From: Utricularia gibba
Lineage: Eukaryota; Plantae; Magnoliophyta
DNA: 64,000 nucleotides
NCBI GenBank assembly: GCA_002189035.1
Contig: NEEC01000004.1
Coordinates: 2,294,001-2,358,000, forward strand
Reading direction: 5' to 3'
Shown: positions 26,236 to 39,359 of the stretch, one piece after another
Position numbering within the stretch: position 1 is the first letter of the stretch
How the letters are laid out: each line of letters starts with the position of its first letter
Translations under genes and position numbers: made by a program
The notes under the pieces: generated by a model
Databases searched by the model: none
What the model saw: the letters and a program-made list of their open reading frames with translations, nothing else
Told to the model about the DNA's origin: nothing

Positions 26236-27289
26236 TTGAATATGAATAGTTTTTATTATATTATTAGTTTGATAAAAAAAATTATATGAAGATTTGTTGT
26301 ATTCAAGAAAAGAAAAGTTTAATGTACAATCTTCATTCATGGTGTTAATATGTAAAAAGTATTACATATAACAACAAATTTGTTTTTGTATATTTTAACA
26401 TGTGAAATTTTCTTTTACTCATATTTGATAACCAAAATTTAGTTTAAGTTGGAAAAAATAATAAATTAAAAAGTTATATACATTTTACTAAGGTAAATTG
26501 TTTTTTTTAAGTAATTTAAATGTATGAACACAAAAAAATTGCTCAATAAATTAAACAATTGTAAAAAAATATTGTTCCAGACAAAGTAAAAAATCCATGC
26601 TAACCGATTAACCAAATGGAATTCCCTTTAAAAGTGTCTCACGCAAGAGAGGGTTTGATAATATAATTTAATTATTCAATGTTTTTGAATTAATTGTATT
26701 TAAATAAATATGTACTATATAACTAAAATATACAATTTGTTTCATACATATTTTATAGATATATATATTTAAAATAATTTTATATTTAATTGATATATTT
26801 AGAATAGATTATTTATAACAATCACATACTTTATTTTCATTAATATTTAATTTAAAAAAATTTTACAACTAAAACTTTAACCTAATTCAAAAATAAAACT
26901 AAAAGATAAATAAAAGAATTAAGTCTAAATTATTTTTGTATACCTTATTATTTGTTTTTTACGAATATCTCATGTTTTGAAAAACACTTTTATCAAATAT
27001 GTATTATTTACAAATTTCATGTGTGCAGATGTCTAAATTCACCAATCAAACGCCCACTTAGTATCTTAATTTCCCACATTTGTGAGTAAATCGCCTTCTT
27101 CCCCTAGTGGGATTTGGATTAAGTTTCTTTGATTTACAATAATTATTACTATTGATTGGAAAAGTGATGTAGTAACAAGGGAACTCATAGACATGTTCAA
27201 AGAAATCAACTTTCGTATTTCAATACTTAAAAACATCTCAATGATAAAACTAAATTTCTAATGTCATCATAAAGGTGTACAACAATGCT

Positions 27290-28521
27290 TGCATCACATT
27301 GTTCATATAAATTCTATCCCAAAACAAATTGTCCAATGGTCCAAGAAAATTGTGTTTTAATCAAATTATTCCAGGATGGACTTCCTTTAGATGGGCATGT
27401 ATATCATGGTACCCAAGTTGAAAGGAACTCATCTCAGGATTTGATTTTGATGTGTCTGATATTATAAATATTTAAACAATGAATAGAGAGGGGAGTTGAA
27501 TCCTATAGCTGTCGGCGTTAATGCAGCGAAGGTGATCGTATTATTTATTTGGATGAAATGACTATGTTCTCTGAACGTGTAATAAACTTTGGAAAGCCTC
27601 TTGCACTTGAAACAAGCACAAGGCAAAAACCAGGTATTTTTTATTCTAATTAAAAATTTGATTCCCATATGATTTATGCAAGATATTAAATTATTTATAG
27701 CAATTATATTTACATATCAATGGTGGAATCATTTTGGCTCAAACACCCTAGGACTTCAACATTTAGCTATCAAAATATTGGGGCAAACAAGTTCTTCTGG
27801 TTGTGAAAGGAATTGGAGTATTTTTTAATATATTCATACTAAGAAGAGAAATAAATTAGAACATCGTCTTTTGAATGATTTGGTTTTTGTGCACTACAAC
27901 CAATGTCTACAAGAGAGGTAATTTTATTGTTTAATGATTTTTGTCACATTTTTGTAATCTGATTTTTTTTGTCATATTTTTATTTTTTCTTAAGTGGAGT
28001 GATGAGGTTAAAGCCTTTGAACCTATAGATTTGGATTTAATTGCTAAATTTGATACATGGATAGTAGAAGAGGAGGAAGAAAGTGGAGAAGTATGGATAG
28101 GTGAAACTGAAATGCAACATGAAAAGGATTCTCCTTTTATTGATGATAATGAAAAATGTGTTTATCAAGAGTTGCAACCTCCTATGGTAAATGAAGAAAA
28201 TAATGCACCTATTTCCATTTCAAGTAGCTTGGATTTATCATCATTTACATATTTAACAATTGAAGATGTTAATTTGGAGCTTGGATATAAGGGCAACGAT
28301 GAAGAGACACAAGCTTAGAATTTCATTTAATGCTTTCATTTGATTTAAAAAGTGTTATTTTGATGTTTATGTGATGTTGAAACATTAGTTCTATTTGGAT
28401 TTCATTTGGATCTTGAATATTTATTTTCGTTTCATCACCGTTTTTTTAATAGTGGGACCTTTATAAAAACGAAACTTTCACTTGAACGTTTCATGCCTAG
28501 TACCGGTTTTTAAAATCATTG
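27290..28521 (+). mobile_element. 3' part of a second hAT element (DUF659-type clade) with right TIR
   Basis: EWWNHFGSNT...LQHLAIKILGQTSSSGCERNWSIF and KRNKLEHRLLNDLVFVHYN, with introns. Right terminus CCGGTTTTTAAAATCATTG (ends 28521) resembles the CAATGTTTTAAAAACCGG-type hAT TIR. Confidence 0.75.
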
Positions 28522-29400
28522 CACCAAACCAATCTTTTTGTCGTTTCTTGGTCAAGATCAATCAAAGCAAGTCCTCCCTGGCGAATTCAGCATGGGGTCT
28601 CTTTCAATCAGCTTGTCGTTTGTACCACTCATGGGCTGCGGGGAGTGACACTCTGATAACCCCTTATGTGTCTGTCTTGTCTTGAGGCATGAACAAAATA
28701 CTCCACCTTCCCACTGATATGCATAGTGGATTCCATTGGCACTTGAATCCTTGGAACAACATATGAAATAATACCTGCCAGCTTGTTGGATGCATAACCT
28801 TCATCCACCATCTCGATTGGGCATTGGGAGAACCAGAGCGGAGGATAATGATAGTCTCCGGACTGTAGGATTTGCTCCATTCTCCAAGTGAATTTGATGA
28901 TCATAATCTCAGGAGGTAGACCAGTGGGCTCTTTGAAAATTCCATGATATGATTCGATGAGAGTTGATAAATATTATTTCCACCTTGATTCAAGATATCA
29001 ACACCCCTGATTATATTCCCTCAAATCGACTCTTATGAATTGGATTTGCTGCTGACTGAAATCCCATATCATCGGTGCTAACTCTTCTAACCAATTGTAG
29101 CTTAAGATACCTACAAATCCTCCAAGTGGTAATAGATAGAGTGCAGCTGGGTTGTATACATATCTATCTTCAGTGACACCCTTTCGCAGAATGCGCTCGT
29201 ACTTTCGTTCTGGGCATGATCACGAGATGAAGTGCTTCTGCCATGCTTTTCTAAATAAAGATGTGATTGCTGCTGTATGTATCAATCATAAATGGGAAAG
29301 ATTGGTGGCCGATCTGTACTGCTACGTTCATCAAACTCATCGACATGTTGGTGTAGTGGCTTGGAACTCTCAATCGAGTGCATTGGTGATAGTTTGCTTC
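28522..29400 (-). mobile_element. Heavily deleted chromovirus-type Gypsy pol relic
   Basis: WLEELAPMIWDF (post-protease motif), FQEPTGLPP..YDHQIHLENGANP (pre-RT motif) and AD*KRPHAEF (integrase C-terminal-like), all with lesions. Confidence 0.5.
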
Positions 29401-29907
29401 TGACATGTATTTATTATCTGGGTGCTTCATATTGGTGTTTATTCATGCAATACAAGTGGCCATAATCACCTCAAATCTTGCTCATGGCAATGGAGTTCAA
29501 TACTAATGGATGTGAAGTATGAAGTGTTTCTCATGGTATGGATTTCGAAATTAATCAATTATAGTATTAGCCGAGGGATGAAGTGGAAGAAGGGAAGGCG
29601 ACTACTTTCTTTAAATTTTGCAATTAATTTTGTAAAATGACTCATCTTCTCAACGAATCAATCCTTAATTTAAGAATTACTTCTACTTTTTAAGAAGCAA
29701 TTCAAATTCCTATTAGAAGTTAATGATGGTAGATTCTATTTGTGAATTGATTTTGAATACAATTTTATAAATATACTTCTATTTTTTCATAAATAATTAC
29801 AATTGTTGTCTTTGTAAAATAATAATGTTGAATAAATTTTTTTATTTACATAAATTATTAAAATACTATAATTTTAAATTATAATTATAATATAAATTGA
29901 TTAAACT

Positions 29908-29913
<6 letters not shown>

Positions 29914-29955
<42 letters not shown>
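29914..29955. repeat. (AT)21 microsatellite
   Basis: Direct count of the run. Confidence 0.95.
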
Positions 29956-29958
<3 letters not shown>

Positions 29959-30805
29959 ATTTAATTATAAAAATACTTTTTATTTTTTTGAATTTTATAC
30001 ATGAATCAATTTTACAATAATTATTTTCAAAAAATAATTTTAAATACATATTAATTCTTATTCTATAAGAATTTTGAATTTTACTAAATTCAATATTACA
30101 ATGGTTTTAGTCACATCACATGGAGAAATGACCAGTCATTCTTCAATGTTTTTCCCATTACCCACCTCCACCCACCTCATGAATGACGTTTGCGCTCTTA
30201 CTTGAGCAAACGATAATGAATGTGGCCGCAAAGACGTCCAAATGCAATACCCTGACTTCACAGTCTCTGCACCGGAACATGCGAATGTGACCAAAATTGC
30301 GTCCAAATGCGTTCCCACAACTTCACATTTCGTGGTAATGATTTGGGTGGTTGCTCCACCGGACAATTCCACATGCTGCCACTCAGGAAAAAGAATCGTT
30401 CCTGGTTTATGAATATCAGAAAAATTAATTTGCAAAATTGATCTTATAATTTAAGAAAAATAAATATCCAATTTTGTGTATCGTTTCCCACTCCTGATTT
30501 TCCATTTTATTGTGTATTTATTGCTTGTTACCAAATTTGATGATTTTTCTTAAAATAAGCACTAGCCGTGCCTTGGGGAGATGAGATTTAAAATAGTTAG
30601 TTATATTAGGAAAGGATTTACTTTATTATCGTCATAATTATTATTTCATGACGTCAAATTATTACTTGGTGAAGGGTATTTCTGTCAAATCAACATCATT
30701 TTCCTCTTGTTCTCACGTATATATATAGGCGACGAGGATTGCCTCTTGATAGCGGCGGAGACAACCGATTCAGGTCACACTGTTCCCATTTCGAAGGGAA
30801 AACAG

Positions 30806-32067
30806 ATGGCGGAGAAGAGCAAGATTCTCGTGATTGGAGGTTCAGGGTATATCGGTAAGTACATTATACAAGCCAGCGCCAACTCTGGTCACCCCACCTT
30901 CGCCCTCTTCAGAGAGTCCACGCTCAATGATCCCGTCAAGGGAAAATTGGCCGACGAGTTCAAAAGCCAAGGCGTGAAGATCCTCATCGTATGTTCCGTA
31001 CAGCTGGATCTGGATGTGTGCGTATTATCTAGTTGCGATGCGTGATTTTTGTTTGTATGTTTGCTTGCAGGGTGATTTGCAGGATCATGAGAGCTTGGTC
31101 AAAGCGATCAAGCAAGTGGATGTGGTTATATCTGCTGTCGGTTCTTTGCAGTTGGCTGATCAATTGAAGATCATTGCCGCCATTAAAGAAGCCGGAAATG
31201 TCAAGGTTTCCATCAGATGCTTTCTTTAAGTTTTCCTTTCACAGTTTTAGGAATCGTGATCGAAATTATAATGGCCATGGTGCTCTGATTTTGATTCGGA
31301 TTATTCGTGCTGTTGATTGCTACAACAGAGATTCTTCCCATCGGAGTTCGGAAACGACGTTGACCGAATTCGGGCCGTAGAGCCAGCCAAGTCAATTTTC
31401 GAGATCAAAGTTAAAATCCGCCGCGCAATTGAAGCCGAAGGCATACCGTACACCTACGTTACTTCCAACTATTTTGCGGGATATTTCCTCCCGACTCTGG
31501 CGCAAGTGGGTATCACCGCCATTCCTCGAGAGAAAGTTGCTATCTATGGAGATGGAAACGTCAAAGGTGTGCTCATCTATGGGGATGGAATCCTGACATT
31601 CTAGCATCGGTTAATCTTGATTGTTTTGCAGCTGTGTTCAACGAGGAGCTTGACATCGGAAAATTCACGGTCAGGGCTGCGGATGATCCACGGACCCTGA
31701 ACAAGATTCTCTACATAAAGCCAGCGAGCAACACTGTCACATTCAACGAGCTGGTTGCTTTGTGGGAGAAGAAGATCAACAGGACACTCGACAAGGAATA
31801 CATCCCAGAGGAGCAAATTCTGAAGCAGATCCAAGGTAACCCGAATCGGAACTTGTTGATCATCTTAGCCCAAAAATCAAACATCTGTGCCTTTTTACAG
31901 AGTCACCAGTTCCAGTGAACATCATACTGTCGATCAACCACTCTGTTTTCATCAAGGGCGATCAGACCTACTTCGAAATAGAGCCGTCATTCGGCGTGGA
32001 GGCATCGGAGCTCTATCCTGATGTTAAGTATACCACAGTGGACGAGTACCTTGACCGCTTTATATGA
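30806..32067 (+). CDS. PCBER: Phenylcoumaran benzylic ether reductase / isoflavone reductase-like (PIP family), 5 exons, 308 aa
   Basis: Exons 30806-30988, 31071-31205, 31329-31566, 31632-31835 and 31901-32067 sum to 927 nt. NADPH motif GGSGYIG, RFFPSEFGNDVDR, catalytic Lys in FEIKVKIRR, end ASELYPDVKYTTVDEYL. Substrate specificity within the PIP family cannot be read from sequence alone. Confidence 0.92.
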
Positions 32068-32716
32068 GCACTTGCTGTTCTCGTGTGTCCTCTATGAACT
32101 TCTTTGCTTTTGCTGCCTATGCGTCATGTTCCTGTGCTTAGATTTGTGTATCAATGGAATGTATCAAATTCAATTAATTTTCGGCGTCGCTGAAATTAAA
32201 TATATTTGAAATAACTTGTTTAAAATTGCCTACGTTGATTTTTTTAAAATTTATAGACTTGTATTTTCAATAATGTATTATATACATATACGTGCTAATT
32301 AAATCATTAGATATATAGAGTTAAATTTGGTATTTTGTGTACCTCTTCCAACTGTAGACATACATTGGAGAAATGACAACACCACATCGGAATTTGCCCT
32401 TGGAGACATTTCTGCCAATTTACATGGTCCTATCACTTGTTCTCACAGCTTAAATACATCACATTTGGTATTAGAACAATCGTTCCCAATCTGTGAAATG
32501 GAAGAATTAAAGGAAATGATAAAAACTAGAGATGCATGACGCCTGCATGCATGACGCCTTTAGAATTAAATACCTCTTCAGACCCAAATGGACGCATGCA
32601 TGACGCCTTTAGAGCAACAATTGGAGTCTCACAAGGGAACCATCTCTAGAGAGCTCCAATCGCATGGGCGAACAATCCAAAGTGGAGAACACATGATGGC
32701 CCTCATTACCAGAAAC

Positions 32717-33128
32717 TAGAGATGTCAATGGGCCGGGTTTGGTCCGGGTACTCTCAAAACCGAACCCTACCTGAGGAACCTCTGTTGGACTCAAACCCGA
32801 ACCGAACCTGGCAAGGACCCGAACCCAAACCCAAAACCCAACACCCAATGGGATCAATTTTGTTTCTAATAGAAATTTAAATATGATTTAAAAGGTATAT
32901 TTTTAAAATTTTCATTATAATAATTTTAAAAGTTAAAAGGATGAATTAGAATTAAAAATATGTTAATTATTAAGTTCATAAAAAAATTAAATTTTTTTAA
33001 TATTTTAAAAATATTTTATATCGGTTCGGGTTCGGGTTCTATGGGTCAAACAATTTGAACCCATAACCGAACCCGTTCGGGTCGGTTTCGGTTCGGGTCC
33101 GAGTAGACCCGACCCATTGACGTCTCTA
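32717..33128. mobile_element. hAT-type MITE (412 bp)
   Basis: TIRs TAGAGATGTCAATGGG / CCCATTGACGTCTCTA match 15/16. Perfect 8-bp TSD CCAGAAAC (32709-32716, 33129-33136). AACCCG/CGGGTT subterminal repeats around an AT-rich core. Confidence 0.95.
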
Positions 33129-33164
33129 CCAGAAACCTAGAATTGGCCAATTATGTCTAAACAT

Positions 33165-33260
33165 GTCCAAATGTAATGGTGAATCAAACCTCTTAGGATG
33201 GCTTAACAAAACACAAATGTGAGCATGCATTAAACTATCATAACACCCACGATGAGAACA
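33165..33260 (+). mobile_element. Short Gypsy gag-like relic
   Basis: KCNGESNLLGWLNK / CEHALNYHNTHDEN across a frameshift, resembling the chromovirus gag PKFxGEDPxGW motif. Confidence 0.35.
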
Positions 33261-35264
33261 ACTTCCATGGGCTTCATTAGGAAAATAGCTCTCCACAAAT
33301 TTTTATTTGTATAATATCCTAATTTGATACACATTAGCGAAATATACCTATTTTATATATTTATTTAATAAATATTCTGATTTTTCATATAATATACCGT
33401 ATCGTACTTCATCCCTAATAAAAATAATTAATTTGTATATAGAATATAATATTTAATACAAACTCAAAAAACATTATTAGAATTGAAAATTCTATTAATT
33501 CAATTAATTATTAATTTAAAATTAGTATTTACAATTAATCTAGTATTTATAATTCAACTGAAAATATAATGAATTAAAAAATCATGTATAAATTATTAAT
33601 TATTTATTTACTAAAATTTTCAATGATTAACGAAGAAACCCATTTATATATATTTTCTTATTAAACACATATACGAAAAATAGTCACGTCATTTATACTT
33701 TAACAATACTAATAATGTGAATGCTAATTCATCTTAATAATAAATTGGAAAAGAAATAATTTATTTTATCTGAAATATCAATATCTATTTTTGAAAAATA
33801 TTCATGAATATAGTTCTTATTCAAGACATTAATTTATGAGGATGAATTGAATTCAACAAGGTACAAGTACTTTGAATGATAATCTCTACATGGGTACTCC
33901 ATAGTAGAATGAATATCTAGGGTACACTGAATGCTCTCATCTTATTCATTATTGGAGGGAGCCTCAATGCATCTGAATATTGCATGCTTTGTGAGACTGT
34001 AGTACCTATTAGTTTGGCGCTCATCTCACTCAACTTCATCTCATATGAGGTTAAAGTTGATTGAGCATGTAACAATAAGTATCTTTATCAAGTATAATTT
34101 ATCAATAATCTTACGTGGAGATATATTGAAGATGGTGACATAGGAGGCTGTCATCATGGCTCTATTGTATTCTTCAACTCATATGTTAGAAAGATTATAC
34201 CGATGGTTGAGCACATATATATTTTTGTAATACGTAGGTGTAAATAATTAGTCTAAAAACGGCTGCACATAAATGACCTATGTGTAGACATCTGTGTATG
34301 GTGAAAAATAGTTACACATATATGGTTTATTTGTAAGTCATGCTTATGTATGATGAAAAGTAGCCAAGGGTGTGAATTATGCATAAGCTATGACCATGTG
34401 ACCTTTCTTCAAGATGGGGTTTAGGGTTGTATAGGCTTTGCTTAATTTAGAAACGGTGATTACACATTTATGAGAAAATAATTGTGACTCTCAACTTCAA
34501 ATGCACATTGCTATATTCTACGTGCATATTTATGAATCATTATATTCCTATGACAACATAATTCAAAAATTTACATCCTTATGAGATTTGGCATCAAATA
34601 AGAGGATACTTATTCCTACACAAGCAAGTCATTTGAAGTGTTTATGATAGTTTCTAAGTTGAATGACAAATGAACTATTCAAATTGTAAGTTCATTATGT
34701 TTTTTCCAATTTTGGACATAAAAAACATATTTTGACCTCTCTTAATAACCATGTAGGGAAGCACTACAATTTTCAAATGTGATTTTTTCTTAAAAAAAAA
34801 TATCATAAAGGCATCACTTAGATGTAAGCCACGGTGTGTATGGCAAAATATCAAAGGTGATGTTGATATATATATTTACTTATGTACACCCATCTTTATG
34901 AGATTTATTATAAATACATAGAATGCAATGAATATGTTAATATTCAAGTATACCACATATTTTATTAAATATGATATTTTAGCTTTATAATAATTAAAAT
35001 GAAATATTTTATGAATAAAATATGTATTAATATTCAAATAAACTACCTAATGAAAAACATGTTCAAGATACATGATTCAATACAGAATTGACTACATTTG
35101 ATACTTCTGATTGTGTTGACATGGCTGGCCAATATTGTGTTGCTCAACTTATGATGAGACATCATGCGTTTTGAGCAACTCAGCATAAGATTTTTTTCAC
35201 CCTCCATCTAGAATACGTGCCTAGGTTATTGTATAACACCTTTTCATCACCAACCCACTACATA

Positions 35265-35470
35265 GGCATGTGTTATGCCATAACCCATGCCCATATGCTA
35301 AATTCAAAAAATGTGATACGGGCATGAGTTATGGTATAACCCATACCTATAACAATTTTCACCCCTTGCCTATCAACAACCATAGGTTGTCTTATAACCA
35401 CTCTCGTAGAACACCTTTTTAGCCCTTACCCACCCTCCCCTTACCACATGGGCATGAGTTATGGCATAAT
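35265..35470. repeat. Three copies of an imperfect 27-bp palindrome (GGCATGAGTTATGGCATAACCCATGCC consensus)
   Basis: Copies at 35265-35291, 35321-35347 and 35451-35470 (partial). Confidence 0.8.
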
Positions 35471-35673
35471 ACTTATATACATTTTTCAGTATGTAAATTT
35501 TTTATAGGACTCGAAAACAAGTCTTGATGAATGATGTAATTAGTTTCCAATTTTATTTTTCGTATATTTCTTTACATTCCTTACATTAGGAGTATACTAG
35601 AGAGTGACTCTTGTAAGACCTTTTTTTAATGTGTGTTAGTTTGAAGGGCCAATCTTAAATTGATAGTGTAGGG

Positions 35674-36824
35674 TGATGGTGATTTTGCAAGTGCACAAAA
35701 ACCATCGAAGTAATAAAATAAGATCGTATCCACAGGGAATTGTTATTGGAATTTTCTTTTCAAACAAAGACTGAAAAAGACCGAAAACAAAAGAAATATT
35801 TGGTTTTAAAAACAAGAAGGAAAGTGACATTGGATCTGGGATCCATCTTACTTAAAACTCGCCCAAACTTGTGTGTGCAAACCTTGAAGACTGACCTGCT
35901 TGCGCAAGTTCTACAGGTGTTATTCTAAAGTAGTGCTACTCGGTGACCGTTATAACACCGTCCCTTGTTTTGTGGGATTATGGAATCAACCATGCCACTA
36001 GAGCCATTTCACCTCTTGTGATAACCCCATGTTTTCCCCACACCCAAATCTAACCCTTATACCTCACACCTCGCAGACAAATTAGACAGAATGTGCCTTA
36101 CCAACGATGTTTGATTGAGCCCTTCTCCTTAAATGATTGAGGCCAACCTTTGATTCTCTCACACTTCCTTCAGGTTATGTGATACTAAAGAACACGTTGG
36201 TAAAGAAAACGTTACGAAAAATAGAATCAAACCTCAATTTAAATATCGAAAAATATAGTAAAACAGTCACACATGCATGACTTGCGCAAGCAAGGTTTCA
36301 CCGCAGATCCTCAGCCACAAGCGCCTACACGTGCAGACCTGACTCTAACATGAAAATAGACACGAAAATAGGAAAAGTACAAAGGAAAAGTGGGCAAAGA
36401 CGTTTCTAATGGTTGAGAGGGTGGGTATTTATAGAAGAGTAGATCCAAGTCTTCGTATTGAGCTTATTTGATGGGTTTCGATGAGATCTTCTATCCAAAT
36501 CTTTTATCCAAATATTCAAAGATCTTCTTCATATATCTATTTTATCCACGAATCTTGGACGAAATCTTCATTATTTGACCGAGTCTTGGGCTGAGATTCG
36601 TGGCCCATCAAGTCCATAATTTGGTGGGTCTTGATTTCTCCTCAAATTGATCCAAAAGTATCCTAAAAATCCACAAAATACACTTTCTCTCCAAAAAGAT
36701 CAAAGTAGTGTGAAAGATGCAAAATCAATTGAGAATAATGAGAAAATGGGGTCTAAGATAAGTAAAAACAACACTCAAGAGTAGTGAAAGAATATGTTTT
36801 GGAACGACACAAAATCACTTATCA
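35674..36824 (-). mobile_element. Athila-type Gypsy solo LTR (1151 bp)
   Basis: On the minus strand it starts TGATAAGTGATTTTGTGTCG and ends CCCTGTGGATACGATC...GTGCACTTGCAAAATCACCATCA. Flanks TAGGG/TAAGG match 4/5. Confidence 0.85.
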
Positions 36825-38249
36825 TAAGGAAAGAAATGGACTGAAGTACTTACATTACGGAGAAAAACGTAGACTAGTTATACATAAGGATAGAGGAATG
36901 GTAACGATATTGTTCAGTAATTACAAATGAGGGAGGTCATATGCTCGAATAAAATAATCATCTTAATCTTGTATGATACATTTTCCCTTAAAGGGAAGAA
37001 CTCAAAATGATGAAGATTAGATACCCAAAATAGATAATATCATACAAGTTTCTTTTGGCTTCATGGATTGCTAAAGATTTTACATTTGAGGACATACGCA
37101 ATTTAATTGTGTTAAGTGTCATTTTCTATATGTTTTATCATGTTTTCTTAGGTTTTTATTTTGGATAAAATCGACTACCTATGAGTTAATTTAGGTATTT
37201 ATGAATTCTTGCAAAAAAATTCAATTATTATTGTTCTTGTGTTTTTGTATGGTATTTTTCTTTATTTTTTTGTGTGAAATTCCAAGTCAGGTATAAGATC
37301 AAGGGTAGCAACTAAAAAATGGTCAGAAAATGAAGACAAAGATATGATATCCACATAAAAATATGTGATATCTTGGCTAAAAATGTACTAATCCGAATGC
37401 ATTTGAACTATGGAGAATCTAGTCTTCAAATACATATTACTTTCTTAAAAAAATATGGCAATAGTCTAGAGGAAGAGTGGATATTATATATTTATCATAC
37501 CATACTAAAAGAATGGAGAGTATAAAGAGTTTCTATGAATCGTAAAGAGGCAACAACACCACAAACAATTAACCATAGTAATGAGTGAAAAAGGTAAAGT
37601 ATATGGAGGTGCTTTTGTCGGAATAAACTGTTGCAAGGCTAGAGAGTTTTATTGTGCAGTATAGTTACAAGTGATTATGGGAGGTAAATAATTGTCATCC
37701 CTTATTGCATTAATTACAGTATAGTTTAACAAATATTATGTCGAGTCTATACAAATCCAGCTCATTTTGTGTTGAACCATACAAATTAACTAGTTTGTGA
37801 GAATTTCTTTAACAAAGACTTTCAATTATCAAAGTTGGAGGAATTGAGTAACAATTTCTTCTAGTTTCAAGGAACATTCCAAATCTTATCATGATAGTAG
37901 AATTGAGAAGAAGAAATTTCAGCAAGGTAGAAGGTACTTTTATATTGTTTCATGTTCAAGTTTTACCTAGAAAATTTGAAGTCGAATTTGCAAGGCCATT
38001 TACTGTAAAATTTTTGAACAAAAATCATTTGACAAAACTATTTAATAAATAGCCAAATGCCAAGACTCTTATTATAAATTTCAACGTATAAATAGGGATC
38101 AAGACTCCAAATCAAATAAAATTCAGATAATAAAAAAAAATGCATCTAGGTAGTATGAGTAATTAAGGCAACTCATACCTCCACAATTATCTCTCTATTG
38201 TAGGGAGGTTTATATATAATCTTAGAAGAGTTAAAGAAAATATGTCAAT

Positions 38250-38674
38250 TATCTTAGCTTTCTATTTGCTACTAAGGTCATTGGATGAGCCCTCCCTCTC
38301 TGTGCCCTTAGTGTCATTGGAATGTTGAGAATTTCAATACATAGTTGATGACATCTTCGAGGCTTTTAGAGCCTTTTTCCCTTCAAAGACTTTGACCTCC
38401 TTCAACGTCTCTCCCAACTTCTCGTTGATTGTCTTATTCTCCTTTTGTATGGCCACCAAGATATTATTGAATACAACGTATTTGGTGCATATGCAGGGGA
38501 CACCCACCTAAGTCTCTGGCAGATTTGCGATTAGCTTCTTATTGAGGTCTCAAGAACCTCCACTTCATCAAGATCTCCACCCTCTCCATGAAGGTAAGCT
38601 AGATCCCATAGGTCATCATATTGAAGTGCTCCAAAAAGTTTCTTAAGGATTTCCTCTTCATTTGTATTCTAAGA
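38250..38674 (-). mobile_element. Continuation of the Gypsy (Tat-like) gag relic beyond the hAT insertion
   Basis: Joins 42196 across the 8-bp TSD; degenerate and weakly recognisable on its own. Confidence 0.4.
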
Positions 38675-39359
38675 CCTCCAACTATAGGTGTCATTGGTTT
38701 GAACTAAAACCGTGGTTCAAACCAGAACCGATGGTTTCGGTTCCAATTAGGTTTCGAGAGATCAATGTCCGTATGGTTCCGGTTTTGGAACCAGAACCGT
38801 ACAGTTTCGGTTCGATTCGACATAATTGGAACCATGGAGCCGAAGGTTCCAACTTGCATTGAATCGTATGGTTCACGGTTCAGAACCCACATTAGCAGAT
38901 CTAGGTGCCTCAAAATTAAACTAATTATTAGACTTACATAAGGATTATACTCTAGGTTCATGTCGTTCAACTGAGCGACTCTTCCCACCTAAAAACAACA
39001 ACAATTACTATCGACAATATGCCAAAGTAGAGTAATCATTGCACCAACGATTACCTTATGATTTGGTTAATTAAACCGAATTCTCGCACACCCATAGACA
39101 ATGTTACATATCCCCACTCCTCAAGTTCTCAATGAAGACAACTCTAGTTGCCGCCCCCTGGTAAGATAATTTTCTTACAACTTCCCCCAAACCGAAATCG
39201 ATTGGCCACCCTATAATCCCACCTCCTACTTCAAATATTGTTACAATTATCTAAGGTAAGTGATTTATTTTTCACCATGGGTTGCTGATGTATGTATCGA
39301 ACTACCTTGTGGAATTATTGTAGCCTAATTTTTTTATACAATACTTATGGGTGTTGTAG

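Noticed and set aside
24700-26300. tRNA-Met PBS (TGGTATCAGAGC) for the Copia, or any tRNA/rRNA gene
   Set aside because: No such motif seen here, and no cloverleaf or rRNA sequence was recognised anywhere in the window
9710-32067. HAL3 + PCBER as a metabolic gene cluster
   Set aside because: CoA synthesis and lignan-type reduction are unrelated pathways, and the genes are separated by about 20 kb of TEs
34762-34780. CACTACAA as a CACTA TIR
   Set aside because: Continues ATTTTC rather than a typical TIR; no partner TAGTG end with a 3-bp TSD identified
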